From: an uncultured delta proteobacterium
GTDB taxonomy: Bacteria > Desulfobacterota > Binatia > UBA9968
Reading direction: 5' to 3'
DNA length: 64,000 nt
NCBI GenBank assembly: GCA_963745835.1
Contig: CAVUZH010000022.1
Coordinates: 128,001 to 192,000 of the forward strand
Position 1 is the stretch's first letter, and every line of letters starts with the position of its first letter. Positions 37,094 through 47,134 of this stretch are shown here, piece after piece. The position numbers and the translations under genes are program-made. The notes under the pieces are model-generated. The model saw only the letters and a program-made list of their open reading frames with translations. It was not told the DNA's origin and did not search any database.

Positions 37094-38008
37094 TTAGGAA
37101 ATACCAATTTTTTTCTGAGAGTGTCGAAACTTACCTGCCAAAAAACCCCAACACTTCATTATCCGTCCTTCAGTTTTGTAGGCTTGTTGTTGCCGTCCCA
37201 TAGCCTTGTAAGCCAAATAGCGAAAGGAACTGCCGATTAGGTCCGGTAGAATCCGCAGCATCAGCGACTCCTTCCGATAGATACTTCGACTTAATCCTTT
37301 GCGATACTGAACCTGTCTATTGTAGGAACTGCCGTATCGTTCCGGGTTTAGCTCGTGATAAGTGATCGCCTTTGGCGCATACCCTATTTTGAACCCGTTT
37401 TCGCGAACGCGCCTAGAGTACTCAGTGTCCTCGCTAAACCCGGATGCGCCAGGGCCCAGCCGAGTGTCAAACAATCCGGCCTTTTCAAATACCTCACGCT
37501 TGAGTGAAATATTGGTCCCGGTAAATCCGCGAACCTCACACGATGCGTCACCATGATCGACTAGTGGAATGTTATACTCTCTCAGTCGCGTCATATCGGC
37601 CGGTTGTCCTTTGGGGTCAAGGCCAGCTAAAACCTTCCCTTGAACCGCGTCAAAAAACCCATCCTTATAAGCAGCAACATGCTCGGCGACGCAAAATCTA
37701 TCGACTGAAACGTCGTCGTCAAGTAGCAAGACCAAGCTTCCGGTTACACGTCCTAAACCGAGGTTCAATGCCCAAGATTTACCGTGTTTAAACTCGTCCA
37801 ATACTAAGATTGGAAATCTTCTATCCTCGGCCAATACTTCCATGAGAAGCTGCGACGTGGCATCCGTCGAATGATTGTTGACTACGATAATCTCTAACGG
37901 AGTTTCCTCGAGACCCGCCGATGCTTCCAAACTATCCAAGAGACGCTTCAAACTGCCTGCGCGATTATGCGTAGGAATTAAAATAGTGACTTTAGCGGAC
38001 AAGATCAC
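37094..38008 (-). CDS. Glycosyltransferase family 2
   Basis: ILIPTHNR, VNNHSTD, LLLDDD, FSEDTE. Confidence 0.9.
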   Translation of the reverse strand: MILSAKVTILIPTHNRAGSLKRLLDSLEASAGLEETPLEIIVVNNHSTDATSQLLMEVLAEDRRFPILVLDEFKHGKSWALNLGLGRVTGSLVLLLDDDVSVDRFCVAEHVAAYKDGFFDAVQGKVLAGLDPKGQPADMTRLREYNIPLVDHGDASCEVRGFTGTNISLKREVFEKAGLFDTRLGPGASGFSEDTEYSRRVRENGFKIGYAPKAITYHELNPERYGSSYNRQVQYRKGLSRSIYRKESLMLRILPDLIGSSFRYLAYKAMGRQQQAYKTEGRIMKCWGFLAGKFRHSQKKIGIS

Positions 38009-38178
38009 CTCGGCGGTTCAAAGCTGGCGCCTGCTTGCTTTCACAACCAAGTAATCGTCGTCCAACTGCTGGATAGAAGATGAACTGACATCAAACCGTC
38101 ATTCCAAGGCCATAGGAATTGTTGGTGATCAGTAGAGCCAGCGTCATTCCAGGAGACAAAGCCCGGCCGAACATGATC

Positions 38179-40170
38179 TTAGACTGGTTCTCTCGCGACC
38201 CGTCGTGACTTCAGATCGCGCCGCCTGCTTTGCTCAAGCACTGCGGTAACCCAGCGCCGCTTGATTGGCTTACTAGCAAAACCAGAGTCGAGATAAACTT
38301 TAAGGAAATGCATTTTCTCGGTACGACGGAGAAGACGGCCCAGAGTCTGGTTCAGCTGGACGATGTTTTTGATCTTGCGCCTGAGATTGAGCTCGGCATA
38401 TCGCCGCGTCCCTTCGAGATCGAGAAGGTAAAACAGCTCAGCATTCTTTTCGGCAACCACCATGATATTGGCGTCCTTCAGATCATTGTGGTAAACACCC
38501 TGCCGATGAAGCGCCTGGAAAGTCAGAGCCAAGCCGCTTATAAACCGCCGCCGATGCCGAAATCTGTGAGGTTGAGCGGTCGTTAGATCTTCACGCCAAT
38601 AGGCGTCGGCGGTTTTTCCACCGGCTATTTCCTCGCTGAGATAGAAGCTTTTGGTTACCACTCCCCAGCGGCGTGATTCCAGCGCCGCAATCGGCTTCGC
38701 CGTTGCAAAACCGGCGCTATGTAAAATGGCCGCGCCTCGCAAGGATCGGAAGGCGCCGGATCGGGTGAAAATCGAAAGTAACCGAGCGCGCCAGGAAAAC
38801 GCGTTGTAGCGTTTGATAAATATCCGGTAAAGCTCTCCAGAGATTTCGACTGCTACGCGCCCAACCTTGATTTTCTTCTGATCTTTAACAACGACGCATC
38901 CTTTATCGGAAAAAAACCGATCAGGATCCCAGATTAGCTCTATAATTCCCGGCTTATTGAACTTTGCATCAATCCAAACCGATGTGGCTCGATGCCGGAG
39001 CAAAACGAAGTCAGCAACATTTGCGCGGTGGCCACACCTGGAAGAGCCAACTTTGAACAAAAGATCTTCTAGTTCCCTGAAGTGATTCTGCCAGGAGAAT
39101 CGGGCCGCTACCGTTGTCGCTTCTTTGATAAGCTCCGGGTCGCCCGCATGCTCCAGGATTGCGACCAATTGGGCTTCTAATTTTACTGGATCCTCGGGAT
39201 TGTCGACAATGCCTTGGAGCAGAGCACCGCTCAGGACTTCGGCTGCTCCGACTTCGCGGCTCACCAGGACCGGCAAGCCCGACGAAAGCGCCTCGAGGAC
39301 TACATTGCCGAACGCTTCCTGCGCAGCGGGCAATGCCAGCAGATCCGCCGCAGCATAATAACTTTCAACGTCAGCTTGTCGTCCCGTAAATATGATTCGT
39401 CCCTGTCCCGCCATCTCTGCCAGTTTCCTATAGCGCGCGATGCCAGCGTCATCGCCGACCACCAACAACCAGGTCTTCTGTAATCGCTGGGATTCCCAAA
39501 TTGCAAGCAAACGATCCAGCCCCTTCCGCTGGAAGCCGCTGCCGATAAACAAGACCACCGTAGCGGTGCGCGGGATTCCCCACTGATCTCGGATTACCAC
39601 ACGCGCCTTCTCTCGGCGACTCGGCGTGAAACGAGCTGGGTCGACCCCGTTATAAATCACTCTGATCCTATGCTCCGGAATCGAGTAGGTGCGCATCAAA
39701 TCGTTTTTCACCGTGCCGGACACCGCGATGATTTCTTTGAATCCATCGACGCGGTACTGCCGGCGTTCAATTGCCAGAACGCTTTGGTGATAAATACTCA
39801 ATTTTTGCCAGGCGCGGCGACGCCAACCGCCTTCGGCGCCAAGTTGTTTTAGAAAATATCGATGGGAGCCGCCGCCGCAGCGGAGGACGTCCTGCTTGAG
39901 AATACGTCCAAAGCCAACGATGACATCACAATGTTCTGCCGCAGCGAGCCTCGATCCGCCCAGGGCAAAACTCCACAGGCGAGCGGTTCTTCCAAAAGGC
40001 ACCACCGGAACACGATGCGCGCCCACATCGGCGGGGGCTTCTACCGCAAATTCGCTGCAGAATAGATGGACCTCGTGGCCGAGATCGCGCAGCCCTTCAG
40101 CCGTTAAATAAAGGTCCCTTTCGGTTCCGCCGTTTAGATCGAGCCGTTTATGGACTAAGGCGATTTTCAA
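38179..40170 (-). CDS. Fusion of a WaaG-like GT4 glycosyltransferase and a WaaP/InaA-family LPS kinase
   Basis: N-terminal GGTERD, GSGFQRKG, EAFGNVVLEAL; C-terminal FIKRYN, LHRQGVYHNDLKDANIM, LLDLE. Confidence 0.88.
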   Translation of the reverse strand: MKIALVHKRLDLNGGTERDLYLTAEGLRDLGHEVHLFCSEFAVEAPADVGAHRVPVVPFGRTARLWSFALGGSRLAAAEHCDVIVGFGRILKQDVLRCGGGSHRYFLKQLGAEGGWRRRAWQKLSIYHQSVLAIERRQYRVDGFKEIIAVSGTVKNDLMRTYSIPEHRIRVIYNGVDPARFTPSRREKARVVIRDQWGIPRTATVVLFIGSGFQRKGLDRLLAIWESQRLQKTWLLVVGDDAGIARYRKLAEMAGQGRIIFTGRQADVESYYAAADLLALPAAQEAFGNVVLEALSSGLPVLVSREVGAAEVLSGALLQGIVDNPEDPVKLEAQLVAILEHAGDPELIKEATTVAARFSWQNHFRELEDLLFKVGSSRCGHRANVADFVLLRHRATSVWIDAKFNKPGIIELIWDPDRFFSDKGCVVVKDQKKIKVGRVAVEISGELYRIFIKRYNAFSWRARLLSIFTRSGAFRSLRGAAILHSAGFATAKPIAALESRRWGVVTKSFYLSEEIAGGKTADAYWREDLTTAQPHRFRHRRRFISGLALTFQALHRQGVYHNDLKDANIMVVAEKNAELFYLLDLEGTRRYAELNLRRKIKNIVQLNQTLGRLLRRTEKMHFLKVYLDSGFASKPIKRRWVTAVLEQSRRRDLKSRRVAREPV

Positions 40171-40341
40171 GATTGGCAGGGTCCGGTTGGATTCCGCATC
40201 AATTACCAGCTGATGCGATCACTACAATCCCAGTGAACAGTTCTCAGACCCGCTATGCCTCTCCTTCGAAGACATGGCCGATCGGAAATAGATATATTCA
40301 TCCACGCGATCGAGGCGCCGATCGCGCCGACTCCTCGTAAG

Positions 40342-42054
40342 TCAGGTCCCGTGGCCGCGAACCAGAACAAGCCGGGCATTGCCGTCGGGACCGGTCCCAC
40401 GACTGCGCTCTATGACCGTGATTTGTGAACCGTCGGCGATATGAGTATTCAAAAAATCCTCCTCGACGATGAAGTAATCTTTGGAGTGCATCATCCTCTT
40501 CTGCAGCACTGCGACATCATCGGGAAGGATCTCAACCTTGCTTTTGCTATAGAAGATGATCGACGAGGGATCGATATCATGCGGAAATAGAATGAGGGTG
40601 TGACCGCCGGCAGCTGCCGCCGTTGCCGATTGCATAAAGTCTTTGTAACTTTCCATCCTCGCGAAATTCGGCAGAATCAAGCTGCGCGCGAAAGCAACCG
40701 CCAGCACCGAGACCAAAACCATCTGGGTCAGTGCGCTGTCGATACGGCATTGGTAAAGACTCCGGGCAATTGAAAACCAAAACGCGATCGCAGCCGCAAA
40801 TGACACGGGAACAAGCCAGCCGACATCGCGCAACGCGCTCGATACGTTTGCGATTTCGAAGGCGCGCTTCTCTTGCATCGCAACCCCGAGCGATAGAAGC
40901 ACCGCCACAACGTCCAACCCCATTAAGTAAATCGCCAGACCCGCGCCAAGAACGACTCCGATCAGAGATGCGAATACCGCCACGAACTTGAAATAGCTGG
41001 TTTTCCAAAAACCGGCGACCGTCTGATCGCGAAGCCACACCGCGACGAGCAACGCTAGCGGCGGGTAGAGAGGCAGTATGTAGGGTGGTCTCTTCCCTGC
41101 CGAAAGAGAAAAGAACACGAAAACTGTGGCAGCCCACAAACCGAGAAACAGTAAGTCCTCTCGCAGGCGAAACTGATCCGAGAAATAAGACCAGGTCATT
41201 CCCGGCAAAAACAAAGTCCAAGGCATTCCCAATGTGAAAAGGTACGGAACGAAATAGTAGAAGGGTTTTTGGTGTCCGGTTCCACCTTCACCACGGACAA
41301 AATATCGCGCGAAGTTTTCCTTGACGAACTGCAGATCGAAAAATTCGTCTCCTCCTAAGTAAAGCGCCGCCGCGTACCAAGCAACGCAGAGTACCATACC
41401 GAGGAGCAGTCCCGGATGACAAAACATGATCCGAAAGATATCCCATCTCTTTCGCAGCACCAAAAAAAGAGCAATGACTAAACCGCAAAGAACAATGCTT
41501 ACCGGCCCTTTGGCGGTGACACTAGCGCCGGCCGTCATAAAAAACACATACCACCAGATTTCATGTTGGAGAAAGCCGCGATAGATCGAGAAAAACAGAA
41601 TCAGGGTAAGGGTGACAAAAAAGACCAGGGTCATGTCGACCCGGGCTTCGATGCCGGTGGCGTAGTACGACCAGGTTGTGGCAAGAATCAAACCGGCCCA
41701 AAGCCCTGTCTTTGGATCATATAAACGTCTGCCAAAAAAATAACAGAGAAAAACGCCAAGCGTCGCGAAAAGAGCTGAGGGAAAGCGGATGCTTGCTTCG
41801 GTCATTTCGCCGCGGAGGGCCGAAGTTCCAGCCGCAAACCAATGGAACAGCGGCGGCTTTGAAGCCATCTGGCCGGCCCTGAGAGGAAGCAACCAACGTC
41901 CTTCGAGCACGATGTCGCGAACCACGAGTGCCTCGCGCGGCTCTCCCTTATCGTGAAACGGAGTCTTGTCGAGGAAGAGCAAGAATACCAACGCGCAAAC
42001 GGTGGCCAAAAGGATCAAGTGAACGAGGGTATTGTGAGTAATCGCCTTTTTCAT
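40342..42054 (-). CDS. ArnT/PMT-like membrane glycosyltransferase (lipid A/LPS modifying)
   Basis: GEPRE, KPPLFHW, ARVDM, KGPV, KRPPYILPLYP; many TM segments. Confidence 0.9.
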   Translation of the reverse strand: MKKAITHNTLVHLILLATVCALVFLLFLDKTPFHDKGEPREALVVRDIVLEGRWLLPLRAGQMASKPPLFHWFAAGTSALRGEMTEASIRFPSALFATLGVFLCYFFGRRLYDPKTGLWAGLILATTWSYYATGIEARVDMTLVFFVTLTLILFFSIYRGFLQHEIWWYVFFMTAGASVTAKGPVSIVLCGLVIALFLVLRKRWDIFRIMFCHPGLLLGMVLCVAWYAAALYLGGDEFFDLQFVKENFARYFVRGEGGTGHQKPFYYFVPYLFTLGMPWTLFLPGMTWSYFSDQFRLREDLLFLGLWAATVFVFFSLSAGKRPPYILPLYPPLALLVAVWLRDQTVAGFWKTSYFKFVAVFASLIGVVLGAGLAIYLMGLDVVAVLLSLGVAMQEKRAFEIANVSSALRDVGWLVPVSFAAAIAFWFSIARSLYQCRIDSALTQMVLVSVLAVAFARSLILPNFARMESYKDFMQSATAAAAGGHTLILFPHDIDPSSIIFYSKSKVEILPDDVAVLQKRMMHSKDYFIVEEDFLNTHIADGSQITVIERSRGTGPDGNARLVLVRGHGT

Positions 42055-42067
42055 GGCCTTGTAGTGG

Positions 42068-42928
42068 CTAACTGCTTTCTGTTGGCGAGCGCATTAACCG
42101 CCGAAAGCTTATCGTCGCATCCACCGAATCGCATTCCCTGCGGCGCTCGCGTGTCTTTTGTTCCAGCCACTTCAGTAATGGGCGATTGAGATCGGCTGCG
42201 CGCTCCGCTGCTGAGTATTCTTGGAAGAATCTGATTCGATCTTGTAAGGATATGGATGAGAGAGGCAATCGGTTGAGCTGCACTAAATTGCGCTTCCATA
42301 GAGACTGCGGCAGCCATTTAGGATATCGCCGGGTGCGGTCATTATCCATCAAGACAAACAGTAAATTCCCTGCCGCATTCCGGCAGACAAAGATGTTTGA
42401 AGCCACCAAGTCACCGTGGATAAATCCGAGATCGTGAAAGTGTCGGATGTGTCGAGCCAAAGCTTGCAACGCCGCTCTCTTTTCGATGACGGAAAGCGCC
42501 GCGTTTGTGCGGCCGGTATTCTCCTTTAGAAAGGTCGTCAAAGGCGCTCCATCGATAGCCGCTGTGAGCACGAATGCCGCTTTCAATATGCCGAAATGAC
42601 GTTTCTCGCCCGCCGCAACTGCCGGTGGAACGAGAAACCCGGCGTCGGAAAGCGCCGCACCTTGTTTTAAAAAACGCAGCGCCTTCGAAGCCCGAAACCA
42701 ATCTTTCACCGCGCTCCACCCTGATGCCGAATGATAGACTTTTAGAAAGTAACTCTGCTGTCGGCTTTCAGGCAGGTTCAACTTCAAGGTTTGCGGATGC
42801 CGGCTAGGCACCTGTTTGTGGATATCTGCCAAGATAACCCGCCAGAGCGCCCGGGACCAGCTATCTGAATCAACCGTGAGGCGCCAGCCATCCTCCCTTA
42901 GCTCGCGATATCTCAGCCGATAAAACAA
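42068..42928 (-). CDS. LPS kinase (Kdo/WaaP/InaA family)
   Basis: FLKVY, FHDLGFIHGDLVASNIF, MDND. Confidence 0.85.
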   Translation of the reverse strand: MFYRLRYRELREDGWRLTVDSDSWSRALWRVILADIHKQVPSRHPQTLKLNLPESRQQSYFLKVYHSASGWSAVKDWFRASKALRFLKQGAALSDAGFLVPPAVAAGEKRHFGILKAAFVLTAAIDGAPLTTFLKENTGRTNAALSVIEKRAALQALARHIRHFHDLGFIHGDLVASNIFVCRNAAGNLLFVLMDNDRTRRYPKWLPQSLWKRNLVQLNRLPLSSISLQDRIRFFQEYSAAERAADLNRPLLKWLEQKTRERRRECDSVDATISFRRLMRSPTESS

Positions 42929-43027
42929 TGCCGCACCTTCACTGCGTGCGCGTTTGAACCACCAATATTTGCTTGAATCTCATTGGCGCAAATCGAACAT
43001 ACAGCACGATCGGTATGCTCCTCCGAG

Positions 43028-43807
43028 CTACGCTGATTCTCTATCCGCCCCGTGATACCAGGTCACTAACTTCTCCCAATCCGCCGCGGGCAGATATTGT
43101 CGTCGTGGATCGAGCTTCGATACTGAACGTAAAAGGCGCCGCAAATTTTTTTTCGCAAGCGGGTCCGGCAGGCCTCCAACGAACAATACCGCCTTGTCAA
43201 AATCAATAATATAAGCTTTCACCCCGGCGGGCTCTTGCTTTACTAGTATATTCTTAAGATTCAAATCACTGTGGTAAATACCCTCGCGATGCAACGAGCG
43301 CAGGCTGCTAGCCACCGCTCGAAGGACCTTCTCAGGGGTCCCTTTATGAACAAAGCCGTTTTGCAACGCTGTCCACAAATCATAGGAGCCCTTCAACTCT
43401 CGGGTGATGAGCCAGCCGCGGTAGAAGGGCCCGATAATACCCTCCACGCCCGCGCCGTATACCTCGACTGTCGGGACACCCCGGCGACGCAACTCCTCAG
43501 TGATCGCTAATTCTCGGAACGGGCGAGGTGGCCAGGAGAAAAATTTCTTGCCGGTGATCCAGCGAAAAACCCCGCCATGGCGGTAGGCGCGAATGAGAGC
43601 GTTTTCGCCGTTTTTTAAGGTGACACTTCTTAGTGTCTCCCTTCCTGCAAACCGGCTCAATTGACCTGGATGATTGTCTCCCCGGAACATATCAATCTGA
43701 AGTTGATCCGCCACGTCGGCGCGCAGCAGGAAGCGGCGGCGCGGCTCAGCAATTATTCTAGTGAACCCCTCGGCGCCGGCGCCCCAAATTCGTTCGTCGC
43801 TAAACAA
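43028..43807 (-). CDS. Kdo kinase (KdkA)-like protein
   Basis: IRAYRHGG, RPFREL, LHREGIYHSDLNLKNIL, IIDFDK, NLRRLLRS. Confidence 0.85.
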   Translation of the reverse strand: MFSDERIWGAGAEGFTRIIAEPRRRFLLRADVADQLQIDMFRGDNHPGQLSRFAGRETLRSVTLKNGENALIRAYRHGGVFRWITGKKFFSWPPRPFRELAITEELRRRGVPTVEVYGAGVEGIIGPFYRGWLITRELKGSYDLWTALQNGFVHKGTPEKVLRAVASSLRSLHREGIYHSDLNLKNILVKQEPAGVKAYIIDFDKAVLFVGGLPDPLAKKNLRRLLRSVSKLDPRRQYLPAADWEKLVTWYHGADRESA

Positions 43808-43857
43808 CTTGAACCTAAGCCAGCTCTGGTCTTGAGCCAGGGAGGATGAGCAAGGCT

Positions 43858-44955
43858 TTACAAATTGAGATATTGAGGCTCGTGAATGCTGGAACCTGGC
43901 GGCAGCCGGTCGTTAGGATGCAGGATTTGCATGGCTGCTTGAAAGACATCTTCAGACCGAATGAGTTTGATGCAATCTTCCGTTCCCAACGGACAGCGTC
44001 TCCCTCCGTGAGAGCTACAGGGGCGGCAGTGGAGGTCCTTTTGTACGATCACGGCTTTTGAACTGTATGGGTAAAAGCCGAGAGAGGGTGTTGTAGCACA
44101 GAATATCGCAACCACCGGAACACCGCAGGCAACGGCAATATGCATCGGCCCGCTATCGTTCGTGATAAACAGATCACATGCGCTGATCGCCGCGGGCAGA
44201 TCTTGGAGAGCAGTTTTACCGCACAAGTTTGCGACGTCGGTTCCACACAGCGCTTGAATTTGTGCGATTGTCTGGTGATCCTCGGGAGCGCCGAAAAGAA
44301 CAATTTCGCAATCTACACCCTGCTTCAGTTTTCGGATTAATTGGGCGAACAGATCGGGTGACCAACGTTTTGTAGGCCAAACAGAACCGGCATTGATCCC
44401 TATGATTTTTTTGTTTAGATCAACGCCGGCGGATTCAAACAACCGTCTACTCTGCTTTCTGCTGGCTTCGGGCACGGGGAGATTGATGGCCGGCTGGCAC
44501 GTCTCCGTAGTGATTCCCAAAGCCTCCAGGATGGAAAGATTTCTTTCGACATCATGACGCAGAGGGTCCCGATTGGCCAAAGCGTGGAACAAGAATGCTC
44601 CCTTACTCTGCCGGAAACCCACACGCCGGGGAATTCTGGCTAGGAACAACAACAAGGCGCTACGCAATGACTTGTGCGGAGAAATGGCAAGCGTGAATTT
44701 TTTTTGTTCGAGAGCTCTGGCTTTACGCCATAACCCCAAGATACCGGCGTCCTGGCGTCGTTTATCATCGACCATGACTTCATCGATGGCCTCGTGCGAT
44801 CTCAACAACTCCGCTGCAGCGGGTGCACAAAGCAAAGTCAGCTTTCCGGCGGGATAGCGCCGCTTGATTTCCGACAGCAACGGCAAAGTTAGAACCGTAT
44901 CGCCGAGAAAGCTGGTTTGAACAACCAGAACGTTTTCCCAATCGGCGGGAATCAT
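43858..44955 (-). CDS. waaF: LPS heptosyltransferase (GT9, WaaF-like)
   Basis: QTSFLGDTVLT, GSVWPTKRW, TNDSGPMHIA, CRPC..HGG..CP. Confidence 0.88.
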   Translation of the reverse strand: MIPADWENVLVVQTSFLGDTVLTLPLLSEIKRRYPAGKLTLLCAPAAAELLRSHEAIDEVMVDDKRRQDAGILGLWRKARALEQKKFTLAISPHKSLRSALLLFLARIPRRVGFRQSKGAFLFHALANRDPLRHDVERNLSILEALGITTETCQPAINLPVPEASRKQSRRLFESAGVDLNKKIIGINAGSVWPTKRWSPDLFAQLIRKLKQGVDCEIVLFGAPEDHQTIAQIQALCGTDVANLCGKTALQDLPAAISACDLFITNDSGPMHIAVACGVPVVAIFCATTPSLGFYPYSSKAVIVQKDLHCRPCSSHGGRRCPLGTEDCIKLIRSEDVFQAAMQILHPNDRLPPGSSIHEPQYLNL

Positions 44956-45123
44956 TCAAATATGCTCGGCTTCGTCAATGAGCATGATGGGAATATCATC
45001 CTTTATCGGATACATGAGACGACACGCGTCGCAGATAAGCCCATCGCCGCGATCATTTAGATGAATATCGCCCTTGCACTTCGGACACGCCAAAATATCG
45101 AGCAGCTCTTTGCTGATCGGCAT
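44956..45123 (-). CDS. Trm112/YcaR-family small protein (55 aa, below the ORF-track cutoff)
   Basis: MPISKELLDILACPKCKGDIHLNDRGDGLICDACRLMYPIKDDIPIMLIDEAEHI; abuts the waaF start. Confidence 0.92.
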   Translation of the reverse strand: MPISKELLDILACPKCKGDIHLNDRGDGLICDACRLMYPIKDDIPIMLIDEAEHI

Positions 45124-45192
45124 AATTCCCCCTAGCTGGCTATTTTTCTAATGAACGTCAAACACGTGCAAACCCCGTCTAAGCTCCATCGA

Positions 45193-46053
45193 TCATGGGC
45201 GAAACGGTATCAGGGCATCCCGGCCTCGGCGATAATTGCGCTGGCTCTGTGCCGGGTCGCGATTGACGAAATGGCGGCTGAACATAGGATGATGCAGGCT
45301 TCGAACCTCATGCTCCAGAAGAAACACAGTCCGGCCGCTATCGGCTTCGATAATCGATTGGAACCTAAACTGGTGATTGCGCACATCTTCCGATATCAAC
45401 TGATGGCTTTTGAGAAAATTATACGCCCGTGAAAAGTTTGCCACGTAGATCGCAATATGGTGGCCATCGTAAGGAGGGATCGATTCTTTCGACTCCCGGA
45501 AACGCAGCGATTGATTACGCCCAATATTCACATGCGCCACATGATGGTCCGAATCAGTTTGGACGGTAGCGGGCGCGGCGAGTACGTTCTGGTAGAAATT
45601 CGCGATTGCCGTTGCAGTTCCTTCGGGCACGTTGAAATCGACGGCGGCAAGTCCCTGCGCCATATCACCAAAGGCCGGGCCGCTCTCGTAACAGCGAAAC
45701 CGGTTGCCCCAAGGACAGGTGACGGCAACGTAATCCTGGTTGCTCGACCATGAAAATTGCGTATCTTTGAGCGCTGCTTCAACTGACGAAAGCCGTTCTC
45801 CGAGCGCTTCGAGATCCGGCATGACGAGATCGATATAACCCGAGATTTTTTGCGCAGATCTGGTCGGCAAATGGAACTGCTGTTCGCCTACGTTAGCCCA
45901 CATATTGCCGAGGCCAACGTTCAGATAAGGATCACGGGTCAATCCAAGGCCGACAATATAGAAAAGCATCGCCATAGGTTGGTCCGGCACCTGGAGATTG
46001 ACGTGCTCCAGCAATACGATATTGCCGACATCTTCCTCAGAGTAATCAAGCAT
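45193..46053 (-). CDS. Hypothetical tandem VOC/glyoxalase-fold protein
   Basis: LEHVNLQVPD...FY..GLGL, CPWGNRF, GHHIAIY, LEHEVRS; SD AGGAG. Confidence 0.75.
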   Translation of the reverse strand: MLDYSEEDVGNIVLLEHVNLQVPDQPMAMLFYIVGLGLTRDPYLNVGLGNMWANVGEQQFHLPTRSAQKISGYIDLVMPDLEALGERLSSVEAALKDTQFSWSSNQDYVAVTCPWGNRFRCYESGPAFGDMAQGLAAVDFNVPEGTATAIANFYQNVLAAPATVQTDSDHHVAHVNIGRNQSLRFRESKESIPPYDGHHIAIYVANFSRAYNFLKSHQLISEDVRNHQFRFQSIIEADSGRTVFLLEHEVRSLHHPMFSRHFVNRDPAQSQRNYRRGRDALIPFRP

Positions 46054-46112
46054 ACTGCTCTCCTGTTGATTATGCTTCATAACGCGACTTGGTGGACACG
46101 GGGACCATCCTA

Positions 46113-47054
46113 TCAACCGTCAAGCCTCTGAATCCAGTGCCATTGCTGGCTTAATCCTTCTTCCAAACTAATTTGGGGACGATAGCGTAACTTCTCAGCG
46201 GCCGCATCAAGCCGCGCTCGGGTGTGCCGTACATCCCCTTTTTGCCGTTCAAAGGTCTTTAGCTTTGCCTTGCGGCCGGATATTTTTTCGACAATATGGA
46301 TCGCGTTGAGAACGGAGCTCTCAGTACCGCCGCCAAGATTGAACACTTCGCCCGCGCCCGGATAAACCGCCGCTCCTAAAAGTCCATCAACGATGTCGGC
46401 GCAATAAGTAAAATCCCGGGTTTGCTCGCCGTCGTCATAAAGGGGAACTTCCTCATTCTTGCGCAGACGATCCATGAAAATGTGAAAGAACATGTCCGGC
46501 CTTTGCCTCGGCCCATACACGGTAAAGAATCGCAGAGATACTGTTGGGAGGCCGTAAGCTTTCCAGTAGAGATAGCAAAGGTGTTCCGCCGCCAACTTGC
46601 TGACGCCGTAGGGCGATACCGGCCGGGTATTACCTTCTTCGCGCATGGGCAGGTCGTTAGTATCGCCGTAAACCGAGGAAGAAGAGGCGTAAACAATCTT
46701 TTTGACGCCAGATTCTTTACCGGCTTCTAGAAGTAGCTGAGTCGCCATAATGTTGTTCTGACTATACTGGATGAATTCATCACCCCAACTGGAGCGAACT
46801 CCGGGTTGCGCCGCTAAATGAAAGACATAGGAGGCATCCTTCAAAAGCCCCCTCAGATTTACCTGTAGCAGATCTTCCTCGAGAAATTTGAACTTCGGGT
46901 TTTTCAAAAGTGCCCCAATGTTCTTCTGTTTGAATCGACGGGGGTAGTTATCCAAAAACTTGTCGACTCCGACAACGTCATATTTTTCGCTGAGGAGTTT
47001 CTCCGCCAAATGGGAACCGACAAAGCCGGCAACACCTGTGACTAGCACTTTCAT
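46113..47054 (-). CDS. NAD-dependent nucleotide-sugar epimerase (UDP-glucuronate/UDP-glucose 4-epimerase-like)
   Basis: TGVAGFVG, HLAAQPGVR, ASSSSVYG, YGVSK, RFFTVYGPRQRPDM; SD AGGAGG. Confidence 0.92.
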   Translation of the reverse strand: MKVLVTGVAGFVGSHLAEKLLSEKYDVVGVDKFLDNYPRRFKQKNIGALLKNPKFKFLEEDLLQVNLRGLLKDASYVFHLAAQPGVRSSWGDEFIQYSQNNIMATQLLLEAGKESGVKKIVYASSSSVYGDTNDLPMREEGNTRPVSPYGVSKLAAEHLCYLYWKAYGLPTVSLRFFTVYGPRQRPDMFFHIFMDRLRKNEEVPLYDDGEQTRDFTYCADIVDGLLGAAVYPGAGEVFNLGGGTESSVLNAIHIVEKISGRKAKLKTFERQKGDVRHTRARLDAAAEKLRYRPQISLEEGLSQQWHWIQRLDG

Positions 47055-47134
47055 GTTAAGCCTCCTGCTATCTGAATGACTCGATGCTCGCGGCAGCTCG
47101 CCCGTCCGTTCGGCAGTGCCTGGTCGATCAAGCA

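Noticed and set aside
38009-38178. Possible gene remnant in the spacer between LPS genes (similar spacer at 40171-40341)
   Set aside because: Fragments are too short to assign to any family by eye.
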